Below the pieces are notes generated by a model. That model was given only the letters and a program-made list of their open reading frames with translations. It was not told the DNA's origin and made no database searches. DNA of 32,000 bases from Aquifex aeolicus VF5 (lineage in GTDB: Bacteria; Aquificota; Aquificia; Aquificales; Aquificaceae). Location: positions 870,001 through 902,000 of the forward strand of contig NC_000918.1 in assembly GCF_000008625.1 (NCBI RefSeq), written 5' to 3'. Below, piece by piece: positions 7,994-19,206 of this stretch (within the stretch, counting starts at the first letter, position 1; each line of letters starts with the position of its first letter). The translations under genes were made by a program, and so were the position numbers.

Positions 7994-8617
7994 CTATTCG
8001 TACTCTTTACCGTACTTCTTATAGAGGTAAATAATCCTCATCAAAAGAGATGCAAGTGTTAAAAGTGCAACGAGTTTTATACCAAAGCCAAGTCCTACCG
8101 GTATCGGACTTCTTTCTAAGATTGAAAAGAGTATTATCGTGATGTGGGTTTCAGGTCTCCCGAAAAATCCAACTCCTTCTAATGGATCAACGATTTTCCC
8201 CTTCTTTCTTTCCGTATAACCGATTTCCGCGTAAGCTACAGGTTTTATAAAGGAGTGGAGCATGGAAAGGGTTATAGCTACTATCGCAACGAAGGGAGAG
8301 GCGTATGCAAAGCCTATAGCTCCCAGAACGAGTCCGTCCACCCACTTGTCCGCTATCCAGTCAAACACAGCCCCGAACTTAGTAGTTTTTCCCGTAGTTC
8401 TGGCAACTACGCCATCAAGCAGGTCAAAGAGTCCGGAGAGTGCGAGTAAAAAAGCACCAGAAAGAGTTTTATGGTGAAAGTAAAAGTAAGCGGAAATACT
8501 TCCTAAGAAGAGGGATATTAAGGTTATAAAGTTGGGGGGAAAGCCCGTTCTCGCCAGGCTCTCCCCGAGAGGATAGTAAAGCTTTTTTAAGCTCTCTCTC
8601 TTGCTTGTTAAGTTCAT
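7994..8617 (-). CDS. CDP-alcohol phosphatidyltransferase family protein
   Basis: 207-aa membrane protein. It carries the family signature D-x2-D-G-x2-A-R-x8-G-x3-D-x3-D in [28 protein letters not shown]. The alcohol acceptor cannot be assigned from sequence. Confidence 0.8.
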   Translation of the reverse strand: MNLTSKRESLKKLYYPLGESLARTGFPPNFITLISLFLGSISAYFYFHHKTLSGAFLLALSGLFDLLDGVVARTTGKTTKFGAVFDWIADKWVDGLVLGAIGFAYASPFVAIVAITLSMLHSFIKPVAYAEIGYTERKKGKIVDPLEGVGFFGRPETHITIILFSILERSPIPVGLGFGIKLVALLTLASLLMRIIYLYKKYGKEYE

Positions 8618-9615
8618 TTAAGCTCCTTCTTTCCGAGCCAGGGCATCATCTTTCTGAGCTCTTCCCCTACTTTCTCCACGAGGTGTTCTCTGTCCCTCTC
8701 CAGGAGTGCGTAGTACACGGGTCTTCCGGCTTTGTTTTCCAGTATCCATTCCCTCGCAAACTCACCTTTCTGTATCTCTTCTAAGGTCTTCTCCATTACG
8801 GGTTTTACCACTTTGTAAATCCTTTCACCTCTTGTAACGTCCCCGTACTTGGCTGTGTCTGAAATGGAGTACCTCATTCCGGAAATGCCGTGTTCGTATA
8901 TTAAATCCACTATAAGTTTAAGTTCGTGCAAACACTCAAAGTACGCAACCTCCGGCTGGTATCCCGCATTTACCAAAGTCTCAAATCCTGCCTTTATAAG
9001 TGCTGTCACTCCACCGCAGAGAACCATCTGTTCACCGAAGAGGTCCGTTTCCGTCTCTTCTTTGAATGTGGTCTCTATAACTCCCGCCCTCGTTGCACCT
9101 ATCCCTTTAGCGTAGGCGAGGGCTTTGTCCTTGCACGTTCCAGAAGCGTCCTGATGTATGGCCACGAGTGCCGGAACTCCCTTGCCTTCGGTGTACATCC
9201 ACCTCACAAGGTGTCCGGGGCCTTTAGGAGCTACCATGAAAACGTCAACATCCTTGGGAGGAACTATCTGTCTGAAGTGTATGTTAAAGCCGTGTGCAAA
9301 TGCAAGAGTCTTTGAGGAGTTGAGTTCGGGCTCCACCTCGTTTTTGTAAACTTCGGGCTGAACTGTATCGGGAATGAGGAACATTATGATATCAGCTCTC
9401 TTTGCCGCTTCTCTTGGAGTGTAGACTTCAAAGCCGTCCGCTTTAGCCTTTTCCCTTGAACGGCTTCCTTCGTGCAGTCCTATTATTACGTTAAGTCCGC
9501 TGTCTCTTAGATTAAGAGCGTGAGCGTGTCCCTGACTGCCGTAACCGAGAATTGCTATTACCTTGTCTTTTAGTATGTCAAGACTTGCGTCTTCGTCGTA
9601 GTATATCTTTGCCAT
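8614..9615 (-). CDS. ilvC: Ketol-acid reductoisomerase (NADP+)
   Basis: 333 aa. [39 protein letters not shown] is the class I KARI N-terminus. [11 protein letters not shown] and SDTAKYG are also conserved IlvC blocks. Confidence 0.95.
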   Translation of the reverse strand: MAKIYYDEDASLDILKDKVIAILGYGSQGHAHALNLRDSGLNVIIGLHEGSRSREKAKADGFEVYTPREAAKRADIIMFLIPDTVQPEVYKNEVEPELNSSKTLAFAHGFNIHFRQIVPPKDVDVFMVAPKGPGHLVRWMYTEGKGVPALVAIHQDASGTCKDKALAYAKGIGATRAGVIETTFKEETETDLFGEQMVLCGGVTALIKAGFETLVNAGYQPEVAYFECLHELKLIVDLIYEHGISGMRYSISDTAKYGDVTRGERIYKVVKPVMEKTLEEIQKGEFAREWILENKAGRPVYYALLERDREHLVEKVGEELRKMMPWLGKKELK

Positions 9616-9681
9616 GCGTGACCTCCTGAAGGATTTATTATAAAGAACAAATTGTAAGATAATAATGTCGGGAGGTAGGTT

Positions 9682-10335
9682 ATGAAAAAATACTCAATAC
9701 TTCTCTTACCCTTCATACTCGCTTCCTGTGCACCTGTATCCGAGAGCCAATTCACGGAACAAAGACTCAGCGAACTTGAAATCAAAGTGGCAAAACTCGA
9801 GGAAAGACAGGAAAAGATAGAGGAACAACTCGAGGAAATAAACAAAAGACTCGACTACATAACGAAGAGTATCGCAAAAAGGGAAATAAAGAGTTACAAA
9901 GAGCCGGAGGAGGAAAAACCACCTTTTGAAGAAGTAAAATCCACCGAGGATGAAAAAGCCGAGTACGAAAATGCTCTAGAACTCTATAAAATGAAGCAAC
10001 TGAACGAAGCAAGGGACGCATTTGTGGAGTTCATAAAAAAGTATCCAAATTCAAAGTACACGGATAACGCGTATTTTTGGCTCGGGAAAACATTCTACGA
10101 ACTGGGAAATACCGAGAGGGCTAAACAAATCTTTAACGTTTTAATTAAGAAGTGCAAGTCTGGAGAACTTCCCGACTGTAATAAACTTCCCGACACTTAC
10201 TTTATGCTCGTAAAAATTTCTCTCGACGAGGGGAACATAGAAGAGGCAAACAGGTACTTATCCATACTTGAGGAAAAGTTTCCCGATGCAGAGGCAACCC
10301 AAAGGGCAAAGGAGTTAATATATAAAACTCCATGA
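9682..10335 (+). CDS. YbgF/CpoB-like periplasmic lipoprotein (N-terminal coiled coil plus C-terminal TPR)
   Basis: 217 aa with lipobox LPFILASC and coiled coil [29 protein letters not shown]. The TPR region YENALELY...[27 protein letters not shown]...[16 protein letters not shown] matches the YbgF pattern. No other tol-pal genes are nearby. Confidence 0.6.
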   Translation: MKKYSILLLPFILASCAPVSESQFTEQRLSELEIKVAKLEERQEKIEEQLEEINKRLDYITKSIAKREIKSYKEPEEEKPPFEEVKSTEDEKAEYENALELYKMKQLNEARDAFVEFIKKYPNSKYTDNAYFWLGKTFYELGNTERAKQIFNVLIKKCKSGELPDCNKLPDTYFMLVKISLDEGNIEEANRYLSILEEKFPDAEATQRAKELIYKTP

Positions 10336-11027
10336 GCTTAAAACTTCCAGAGCACGTTGCGATAATAATGGACGGAAACGGGCGGTGGGCAAGACAGAGG
10401 GGTCTACCCAGAGTTGCGGGACATTACAGAGGTGCAGAGGTAGCCGAAGACATAATAGAGTACTGTATAGAGCTGGGAATAAAACACCTGACTTTGTTTG
10501 CCTTCTCTACGGAAAACTGGAACAGACCTAAAGAAGAAGTTAAAGCCCTGTTTGAGCTTATGGAAAACTACATAAGGAGTAAGAGGGAAAAACTTTACTC
10601 CTTAGGTGTAAGGGTAAGGTTAATAGGAAGGAGGGACAGACTCAGTAGAGGCTTAGTAAACTTAATGGAAGAACTGGAAAGTGATTCAAAGGATTTCAAA
10701 AATCTCTTTTTAAACGTTGCCATAGACTACGGCGGAAGGGATGACATACTGAGGGCTGTGAAAAAAATAATGGAAGTTCAACCGAGCAAACTTGATGAGG
10801 AGACTTTTTCTCAGTTTCTGGATCTCTCCTGCTCTCCTGACCCTGACCTTCTAATAAGAACCGCGGGAGAGAAGAGGATTTCCAACTTCCTCCTATGGAA
10901 CCTGGCGTACACGGAGCTTTACTTTACTGATACACTCTGGCCCGATTTCACGAGAGAAGAATTTATGAAAGCCCTTGAGGATTACTCAAGGAGAAAGAGA
11001 AAGTTCGGGAGAGTTCTTGATGAGTAG
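10332..11027 (+). CDS. uppS: Di-trans,poly-cis-undecaprenyl-diphosphate synthase
   Basis: 231 aa. The cis-prenyltransferase blocks are present: HVAIIMDGNGRWA, LTLFAFSTENWNRP and IRTAGEKRISNFLLWNLAYTELYF. Confidence 0.95.
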   Translation: MSLKLPEHVAIIMDGNGRWARQRGLPRVAGHYRGAEVAEDIIEYCIELGIKHLTLFAFSTENWNRPKEEVKALFELMENYIRSKREKLYSLGVRVRLIGRRDRLSRGLVNLMEELESDSKDFKNLFLNVAIDYGGRDDILRAVKKIMEVQPSKLDEETFSQFLDLSCSPDPDLLIRTAGEKRISNFLLWNLAYTELYFTDTLWPDFTREEFMKALEDYSRRKRKFGRVLDE

Positions 11028-11754
11028 AGAATTTTACGGCGTGCTTATAGGCGTAACGACACTTCTTGTTATCTTCTTACCGAAATCTTTATTCCTTTTA
11101 GTGATTTTGTTCTTGTGTTTTGCCATATCTAGAGAAGTATCGGTAGCTTTGGGAGAAAATGAGGTATTTTATTTCTCACCTTTAGTTTTATTGACTTATT
11201 ACTTTGCCGATCCACTTGTCTTTCCGTTAATAGGTTTACTGTCTCTTTATTTTGCCTACAAAAGGTGGGAACTAAATTCTTTTTTTAAATCAACTTTTTT
11301 GCTTTTTTATCCCGCCCTTTTTCTTGTTTACCTGATAAAAATAAAGGAAATCTCAACTTATTACTTGCTAATTTTTATTTTCGGAATTTGGATAAACGAC
11401 GTTTTTGCTTACTATATAGGGAAAAACTTCGGGAAAACTCCTCTCTTTCCAAAAATTTCTCCGAAGAAAACTGTGGAAGGATTCCTCGGTGGAGTATTAT
11501 TCGGGAGTTTATTCTTTGCCCTCACTTTGCCCTATGGAATTTTAAACTCTTTCCTTTTAGGTACTTTTGTACTTACGGTAGGTGTAGCGGGGGACTACTT
11601 TAAGTCCTTCATAAAGAGGCAGGTTGGGATTAAGGACTTTTCAAACGTTTTTGGTGAACACGGCGGCTTTACGGACCGCTTTGACGCCCTTGTTTTTTCC
11701 GCTCCCGTGTTTTACCTTATAATGTGTGCTGGGGAGCTTAATTGTAAACTTTAA
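11020..11754 (+). CDS. cdsA: Phosphatidate cytidylyltransferase (CDP-diglyceride synthase)
   Basis: Polytopic membrane protein. ISPKKTVEGFLGG and FKSFIKRQVGIKDFSNVFGEHGGFTDRFDAL form the CdsA signature. I prefer ATG 11020 (MSREFYG..., 8-nt overlap with the uppS stop) over the track start at 10975, which lies inside uppS. The uppS-cdsA order is classic. Confidence 0.85.
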   Translation: MSREFYGVLIGVTTLLVIFLPKSLFLLVILFLCFAISREVSVALGENEVFYFSPLVLLTYYFADPLVFPLIGLLSLYFAYKRWELNSFFKSTFLLFYPALFLVYLIKIKEISTYYLLIFIFGIWINDVFAYYIGKNFGKTPLFPKISPKKTVEGFLGGVLFGSLFFALTLPYGILNSFLLGTFVLTVGVAGDYFKSFIKRQVGIKDFSNVFGEHGGFTDRFDALVFSAPVFYLIMCAGELNCKL

Positions 11755-11779
11755 ACTCTTCTCAGCGGGAGGGGCAATT

Positions 11780-12241
11780 ATGGAAGTATTCAGCCGTTCC
11801 TTTAAGAACGGAGAAGAAATTCCAAAAGTTTACACATGTGACGGTAAAGACATATCACCTCATATAGGCTGGGAGGATGTTCCCGAAGGAACGAAAAGCT
11901 TCGTCCTGATAATGGATGACCCTGACGCTCCTATCGGAACTTTTACCCATTGGGTTGTTTACGACATACCTTCCCAAACCAGAGAGTTACTTGAAGACTT
12001 TCCGAAAGTTCCGGAGGTGAGCGGGATAAAGCAGGGAATTAACGACTTTGGGAGAGTAGGCTATGGAGGGCCATGTCCTCCCAGAGGTCACGGCTATCAC
12101 AGGTACTTCTTCAAAGTCTTTGCCCTGAGCGTGGAGAGCTTAGGACTTCCTCCGGGAGCAAGCAGAAAAGATGTTGAGTTAAAAATGAACGGGAAAATCC
12201 TCGCACAGGCTCACATAATAGGGCTCTACAAAAGAGATTAA
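11780..12241 (+). CDS. PEBP / YbhB-YbcL family (Raf kinase inhibitor-like) protein
   Basis: MEVFSRSFKNGEEIPKVYTCDGKDISPHIGWEDVPEGTKSFVLIMDDPDAP...THWVVYDIP...GYGGPCPPRGHGYHRYFFKVFAL is the bacterial PEBP signature. ATG 11780 is preceded by GGGAGGGG; the longer track start at 11726 lies inside cdsA. Confidence 0.85.
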   Translation: MEVFSRSFKNGEEIPKVYTCDGKDISPHIGWEDVPEGTKSFVLIMDDPDAPIGTFTHWVVYDIPSQTRELLEDFPKVPEVSGIKQGINDFGRVGYGGPCPPRGHGYHRYFFKVFALSVESLGLPPGASRKDVELKMNGKILAQAHIIGLYKRD

Positions 12242-12667
12242 TTCCTTTAAAGGAAACCTCGGATATTCTTTTACAAGTTCTCCTTCTTCGTTGAATATCA
12301 TAGTGCTCGGCAAAAAGACGAGTTTTACGAGTTCCGTTATGTTTCCTTTAGGGTCTACAAGCACTTTAAACTTAGGCTTAATTCCGTAATCTTTTAAAAC
12401 TTTCAATACGTCCTGAGGTGTCATAAAAACCGCCAAAGAAACGACTTCGTATTTTTGAGAAAGTTTTTCGTAATTTTCGTTTATTACCTTCATATCGTCG
12501 GTGTGCCCCGTGCAGGTGCCCGTCCAGACGTACAGGAGGAGTTTCTTGTTTACTGGTTTTTCCATCCTTGCAGGATTTCCTTTAAGGTCAACGAAGTTTA
12601 TGTTGTAAATTGTCCTCTCCGCCTGACAGGAAATTATAAAGAGAAGAAGGAAAACGAGGAACCTCAT
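12179..12667 (-). CDS. Thioredoxin-fold lipoprotein (TlpA/Sco-like) with a CxxH site in place of CxxC
   Basis: Lipobox LLLFIISC. The thioredoxin-fold layout has LLLYVWTGTCTGHTDD where TlpA/ResA proteins carry WxxWCxxC. The ATG at 12667 overlaps the upstream PCuAC stop by 1 nt (TGATG). Confidence 0.55.
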   Translation of the reverse strand: MRFLVFLLLFIISCQAERTIYNINFVDLKGNPARMEKPVNKKLLLYVWTGTCTGHTDDMKVINENYEKLSQKYEVVSLAVFMTPQDVLKVLKDYGIKPKFKVLVDPKGNITELVKLVFLPSTMIFNEEGELVKEYPRFPLKELISFVEPYYVSLCEDFPVHF

Positions 12668-13122
12668 CAATGGTGCATGTGGTGCTTCATGCGGTGCTTT
12701 TTCACAACTGGAGCTTCAACGGTTATCTTCCCGCTCTTTTCAAAGATGAGTTCTACCTTCACTTTGTCCCCTTCCTTAATCCTCTTCTTTAAACCTATTA
12801 TCATCACGTGGTACCCGTGGTGTTTGAACTCTACCTTTCCTTTAGGAGGGATTTCTATCCTCTCTTGAGGAACCATTTTGGCGACGTCGTTTTCTATTAC
12901 AGTTTTGTGGAGTTCCACCCTTTGGGCTATATCCGTTTTTGCACCGATCAGGTAATCGGGTTCATCGCCTTCGTTCACAATAATCATCCCCATCATCGTA
13001 GTGTTAGGACCGGGAGGCGGTTCCATAACCCACGGGTGTTTAACGACTATCTTGGGAGCTCCGAAGCTGAGAGCTACAAACACTACTATCAAAGTGAGTA
13101 ACTTCCTCATAATATTAAGCAT
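12667..13122 (-). CDS. Periplasmic copper chaperone PCu(A)C (DUF461) family
   Basis: Signal peptide MRKLLTLIVVFVALSFGAP. HPWVMEPPPGPNTTMMGMIIVN ... VEFKHHGYHVMIIGL fits the PCuAC H(M)x10Mx21HxM Cu(I) motif. The tail HRMKHHMHH is His/Met-rich. The true start may be ATG 13110. Confidence 0.7.
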   Translation of the reverse strand: MLNIMRKLLTLIVVFVALSFGAPKIVVKHPWVMEPPPGPNTTMMGMIIVNEGDEPDYLIGAKTDIAQRVELHKTVIENDVAKMVPQERIEIPPKGKVEFKHHGYHVMIIGLKKRIKEGDKVKVELIFEKSGKITVEAPVVKKHRMKHHMHH

Positions 13123-13163
13123 TCTAATATAATTAATTGCTTAGCTAAAAAGGAGGTAAAGAG

Positions 13164-13472
13164 ATGGAACAACAGAGTCCTGTGGGAGCACTCCTCTTTC
13201 AGATAATCTTCTTAGTCGCCATATTCCTTATGTTCTACTTTCTCATAATAAGACCGCAGAAAAAGGAAAGGGAAAGGCACAGAAAGTTTTTAGAAAGTTT
13301 AAAGAAGGGAGACAAGGTTATAACTTCTTCGGGTATATGGGGAACGGTTGTGGAGATTGGAGACAGGACAATTACCCTGAAAGTTGATGCAAACACCAAG
13401 ATAACCTTCTCAAAGGAAGCCATAGTGGCTTACCAGCCGGGATATGAGAAGAAAGAAGAGAAGAAAGATTAA
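13164..13472 (+). CDS. yajC: Preprotein translocase subunit YajC
   Basis: 102 aa with a single TM, then IIRPQKKERERHRKFLESLKKGDKVITSSGIWGTVVEIGDRTITLKV, the YajC signature. RBS AAGGAGG upstream. Confidence 0.9.
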   Translation: MEQQSPVGALLFQIIFLVAIFLMFYFLIIRPQKKERERHRKFLESLKKGDKVITSSGIWGTVVEIGDRTITLKVDANTKITFSKEAIVAYQPGYEKKEEKKD

Positions 13473-15538
13473 GATAGGAGTTTGTAGGAAATCGTTCCTA
13501 TTATCCATGCAAGTACAAAGCTGTAAACGAGGAAGGCCGTTGCCTTCCCGTACCCTATTTCTCTGCCCATCGTTGCATAAGTCCCGAGACAAGATGTGTA
13601 TATCAGTATGAATACCATAAAGGCAAAGGCGGAAGCAGGAGTAAAGCTGTTTCTTATTAAATCTCTTAGTTGTCCCGTTTCCTCTTCTTCCACTTCAAGG
13701 GCTTGAATCTTTAGGCTGAAAACGGATTTAACTGCGGTTTTTGTAGCCTCCAGAAGTCCCGACAACTGGTTCTTAAGTTCTTCTGAAAAACTGAACTTTT
13801 CTTTTTCCTGAACCACCTCTGTGGCCGTGTATATAACACCCATGGAGCTGAGGACTATCTCCCTTGCCAAAAATGCTGGAATCAAAGATGTGGTAGCTCT
13901 CCAGTCGGAAATTCCCATAGGCTCAAAAACGGGAACCAAAACTCTACCTATGTCCGCCGCCAGGCTATCTTTCGGATTTTTGACATTCGGAGGGAGATTT
14001 AAAAGTATCCATATGAAAATAGACGCTGCAAATATTAGCGTTCCTGCCCTGTATAAGAAATCTTTTACGTGTATCCAGGAGATATTTAAAACCGTTTTTA
14101 AAGAAGGCATACGGTAAGGTGGAAGTTCTATCACGAAGTGAGAGGAGGCTCCTCTTGCTATACTTTTTCTCATTAAAAAGGCTGTAAGCAGTGCAACTGC
14201 TACACCCAGAAGGTACAGACCCGTTATCACGAGTGCGGCATTATTGGGAAAGAACGTAATTGCAAAGAAGGAAAATACCACAAGTCTTGCGGGACAACTG
14301 ATAAAAGGTATCATGGCGATAACGATTAACTTTTCCCTCGTGGTTTCAAGGGTTCTCGTGGCAACTATTGCTGGAACATTACAACCGAGGGCGAGGATTA
14401 AAGGAATTACGCTCTTTCCGTGGAGTCCCATTCTGTGCAGGAACTTGTCCATTAAAAAGGCAACCCTCGGAACGTATCCCGACATCTCAAGGAAGGTTAT
14501 AAGAAAGTAAAGAGTAAAAATAAGAGGAACAAAGGTAAGAACAAATCCCACGCCTCCGATAACAGCTTCGGAGAAAAACCGCGAGATAAATTCAGGTGCA
14601 CCTAAGGAAGCCAAAAATTCCTTTACCGCAGGGTTTAAGAAGTCCGTGAAGAAACCATCAACCCAGTCAACAAACGGACTTGAGAAGTCAAAGGTAACCT
14701 TGAAAAGGAGGAACATTATAACGACGAAGAACACGAAACCGAGAACCGGATGGAGGAGGAGGTTGTCAAGGAAATCCGTTAATGTTCTTACGTCTATACC
14801 CTTTTGTTTTACGACTTCTTCGTAAATCCCGTGGGCAAAGGCGTAACGTTCATCTTCTAAGTACTTTTTAAACTCTTTTCCGTACTTCTCTTTAAACTTT
14901 TTTTGAAGTTCTTTATCTCGGAGGGCAAACTCTATGAGCTCGTGTTTAGTAAAAGGCTGAGCTTTAAGGGATTTGTACTTCTGTGCTACTTCAGATAAAA
15001 ACTCTTCAAGTTCTTCAGAATACTTTAACCTGGGTACGTGTTTTTCTTCGTAAGCTTCCACTATTAATGGAAGTATCTTCTCAACACCAGTTCCCTTTTT
15101 TCCTACAGTTTTTACCGCCTTTACTCCCAAGAGTTCGTAAAAAGCCTTTTCGTCTATTTCTATCCCGAGTTTTTGAGCCTCGTCGTAGAGGTTTAAAACT
15201 AGAACTGTGGGTTTTTCAAACTCAAAGAGCTGAACAGTGAGGTATAAACTCCTTTCTAAGTTCGTTGAGTCAAGAACGGTTAAAATTACGTCAACGTTTC
15301 CCTTTTCTAAAAACTCAACCGCTATCTTCTCGTCTTCCGATATTGGTTCAAGGGTGTATATACCGGGAAGGTCCACAAAGTGTATCTCGTAATCCTTGTA
15401 CCTTACGGTAGCTTCCTTCTTCTCAACGGTGACACCAGGCCAGTTTCCGACCTTTAGAGCTGTTCCGGCTATAGCGTTCAGTATCGTAGTCTTTCCCACG
15501 TTCGGATTTCCCGCAACTGCAACCGTTATTTTCTTCAT
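13469..15538 (-). CDS. feoB: Ferrous iron transporter FeoB
   Basis: 689 aa. The N-terminal G domain is ITVAVAGNPNVGKTTILNAIAG...DLPGIYTL, followed by the polytopic FeoB membrane domain. Confidence 0.95.
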   Translation of the reverse strand: MKKITVAVAGNPNVGKTTILNAIAGTALKVGNWPGVTVEKKEATVRYKDYEIHFVDLPGIYTLEPISEDEKIAVEFLEKGNVDVILTVLDSTNLERSLYLTVQLFEFEKPTVLVLNLYDEAQKLGIEIDEKAFYELLGVKAVKTVGKKGTGVEKILPLIVEAYEEKHVPRLKYSEELEEFLSEVAQKYKSLKAQPFTKHELIEFALRDKELQKKFKEKYGKEFKKYLEDERYAFAHGIYEEVVKQKGIDVRTLTDFLDNLLLHPVLGFVFFVVIMFLLFKVTFDFSSPFVDWVDGFFTDFLNPAVKEFLASLGAPEFISRFFSEAVIGGVGFVLTFVPLIFTLYFLITFLEMSGYVPRVAFLMDKFLHRMGLHGKSVIPLILALGCNVPAIVATRTLETTREKLIVIAMIPFISCPARLVVFSFFAITFFPNNAALVITGLYLLGVAVALLTAFLMRKSIARGASSHFVIELPPYRMPSLKTVLNISWIHVKDFLYRAGTLIFAASIFIWILLNLPPNVKNPKDSLAADIGRVLVPVFEPMGISDWRATTSLIPAFLAREIVLSSMGVIYTATEVVQEKEKFSFSEELKNQLSGLLEATKTAVKSVFSLKIQALEVEEEETGQLRDLIRNSFTPASAFAFMVFILIYTSCLGTYATMGREIGYGKATAFLVYSFVLAWIIGTISYKLLS

Positions 15539-15547
15539 GTCTCTACC

Positions 15548-16477
15548 TCAGTACTCAAAGTTCAGCCGAAAACCTAAAACGTATGTGTTCCTAACATCGT
15601 CTATTAATTGATAATCAAAGGTAATGTGAAGATAACTTGAAAGTACGTGTTTAAAATAGATTTCCAACACGTTTACGTCTTTTAGCTTGTTTCCCTTCCT
15701 GAAGGCGTAACCAAAACCGATTTCTTCCTTTCCTAAATTCAATACGCTACCACCGCTTACAAAGTATTTGTAATCCTCAAGGTTATTCTTCCCGAACCTG
15801 AAGAAAAATCCCAAGTTTTCAAAGGTGTAGTCGGAGGAAATACCTAAACTTTTTACTTCTTCAAAAGGTGAGTGGGTGTAGTAAAAGTAAACGTGGTAAT
15901 CTTCTGAAGAAAAGCCGAACTGCATCAGATAAACGCTTTCCGTGTCAGGGTCTCCTTGGGCCCAGCCAAACTGGAGTGAAAAATTATGACTTAAATTAAG
16001 ATTTAATATCAATCCGGGATTGTACGAAGGTAAAACCGCTAAAGGGTTGTTTACGAGATCCGTATTTAAAAATTGATTTTGCTCGTCGTTTGCATACTCA
16101 TTTGTATCAAAAAAGGAAGTCGTGTCGAGAATTCCAGCGTAAACCCCTGCACGTTTTACTTTTAAACCTGCGTAAGCTTCCAGTAAGTACTTTCTGCCAG
16201 TTTCGTTTACATCTTTGGTGTCCTTCTCCAGATCGTCTGCGGAAGGAAGAGAGTTAAATCCAAGCTCTTCAAAGGTTTTATTGAGCTCGTTTCCGAAAGA
16301 AACTGAGGCGTTTACAAGGATTTCAAATTTTCCGATTTTCGGGTTGAAAATCAAGTGTGAGGTGGTATAAGCACCGCCTTTATACCTTGAACTTTGATAA
16401 ACGGTAGTGTTCATAAAGTGAATTCTGTGTTGAATATGCTTCTCAACGTGCTTCAATACGGGAGTGGAAAAGTCCAA
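15548..16477 (-). CDS. OprB-like (carbohydrate-selective porin family) beta-barrel protein without a recognisable signal peptide; start uncertain
   Basis: 309-aa ORF opening on a TTG immediately after the feoA stop. It shows an alternating beta-strand pattern. The C-terminus LEIYFKHVLSSYLHITFDYQLIDDVRNTYVLGFRLNFEY resembles the OprB family end (E.fY...v...l.itpd.Q.i.nP....v.g.R..f+aromatic). The N-terminus MDFSTPVLKHVEKHIQHRIHF is hydrophilic and His-rich. Confidence 0.5.
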   Translation of the reverse strand: MDFSTPVLKHVEKHIQHRIHFMNTTVYQSSRYKGGAYTTSHLIFNPKIGKFEILVNASVSFGNELNKTFEELGFNSLPSADDLEKDTKDVNETGRKYLLEAYAGLKVKRAGVYAGILDTTSFFDTNEYANDEQNQFLNTDLVNNPLAVLPSYNPGLILNLNLSHNFSLQFGWAQGDPDTESVYLMQFGFSSEDYHVYFYYTHSPFEEVKSLGISSDYTFENLGFFFRFGKNNLEDYKYFVSGGSVLNLGKEEIGFGYAFRKGNKLKDVNVLEIYFKHVLSSYLHITFDYQLIDDVRNTYVLGFRLNFEY

Positions 16478-19127
<2,650 letters not shown>

Positions 19128-19173
19128 AATGACTTCAGTCATAGAAGTAAGTTTTTTTCTTTTGTTAATATAC

Positions 19174-19188
19174 TGAAATCAAATTTCA
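19174..19188. promoter_or_regulatory. Perfect 6-3-6 inverted repeat TGAAAT-CAA-ATTTCA between the probable promoter and the RBS of the porin gene (candidate operator or 5'-UTR hairpin)
   Basis: Read directly from the sequence. It ends 5 nt before the AAGGAGG RBS (19194-19200). Its left half belongs to a direct repeat TACTGAAAT (19122-19130 and 19171-19179). The function is untested. Confidence 0.25.
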
Positions 19189-19206
19189 ATTTTAAGGAGG
19201 TGTGTG

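Noticed and set aside
10975-11019. Longer N-terminal extensions proposed by the ORF track for cdsA (10975), PEBP (11726), the FMN-binding protein (22238) and the TatB-like gene (25364).
   Set aside because: The extensions lie inside the preceding genes or lack an RBS. The internal ATGs give the canonical N-termini or signal peptides, and either form ATGA-type overlaps typical of this genome or have their own RBS (PEBP).
12455-12868. 137-aa plus-strand ORF spanning the PCuAC / thioredoxin-fold gene junction, and the 97-aa ORF at 12808-13101.
   Set aside because: Both are antisense to two genes with clear family signatures. There are no motifs and no RBS.
13128-13159. Inverted repeat TAAGCA-N16-TGCTTA in the PCuAC / yajC divergent spacer as a possible copper-responsive operator.
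   Set aside because: The arms are only 6 nt with a long AT-rich spacer, and it does not resemble CsoR/CueR/CopY sites I know. It is too weak to report as a finding.
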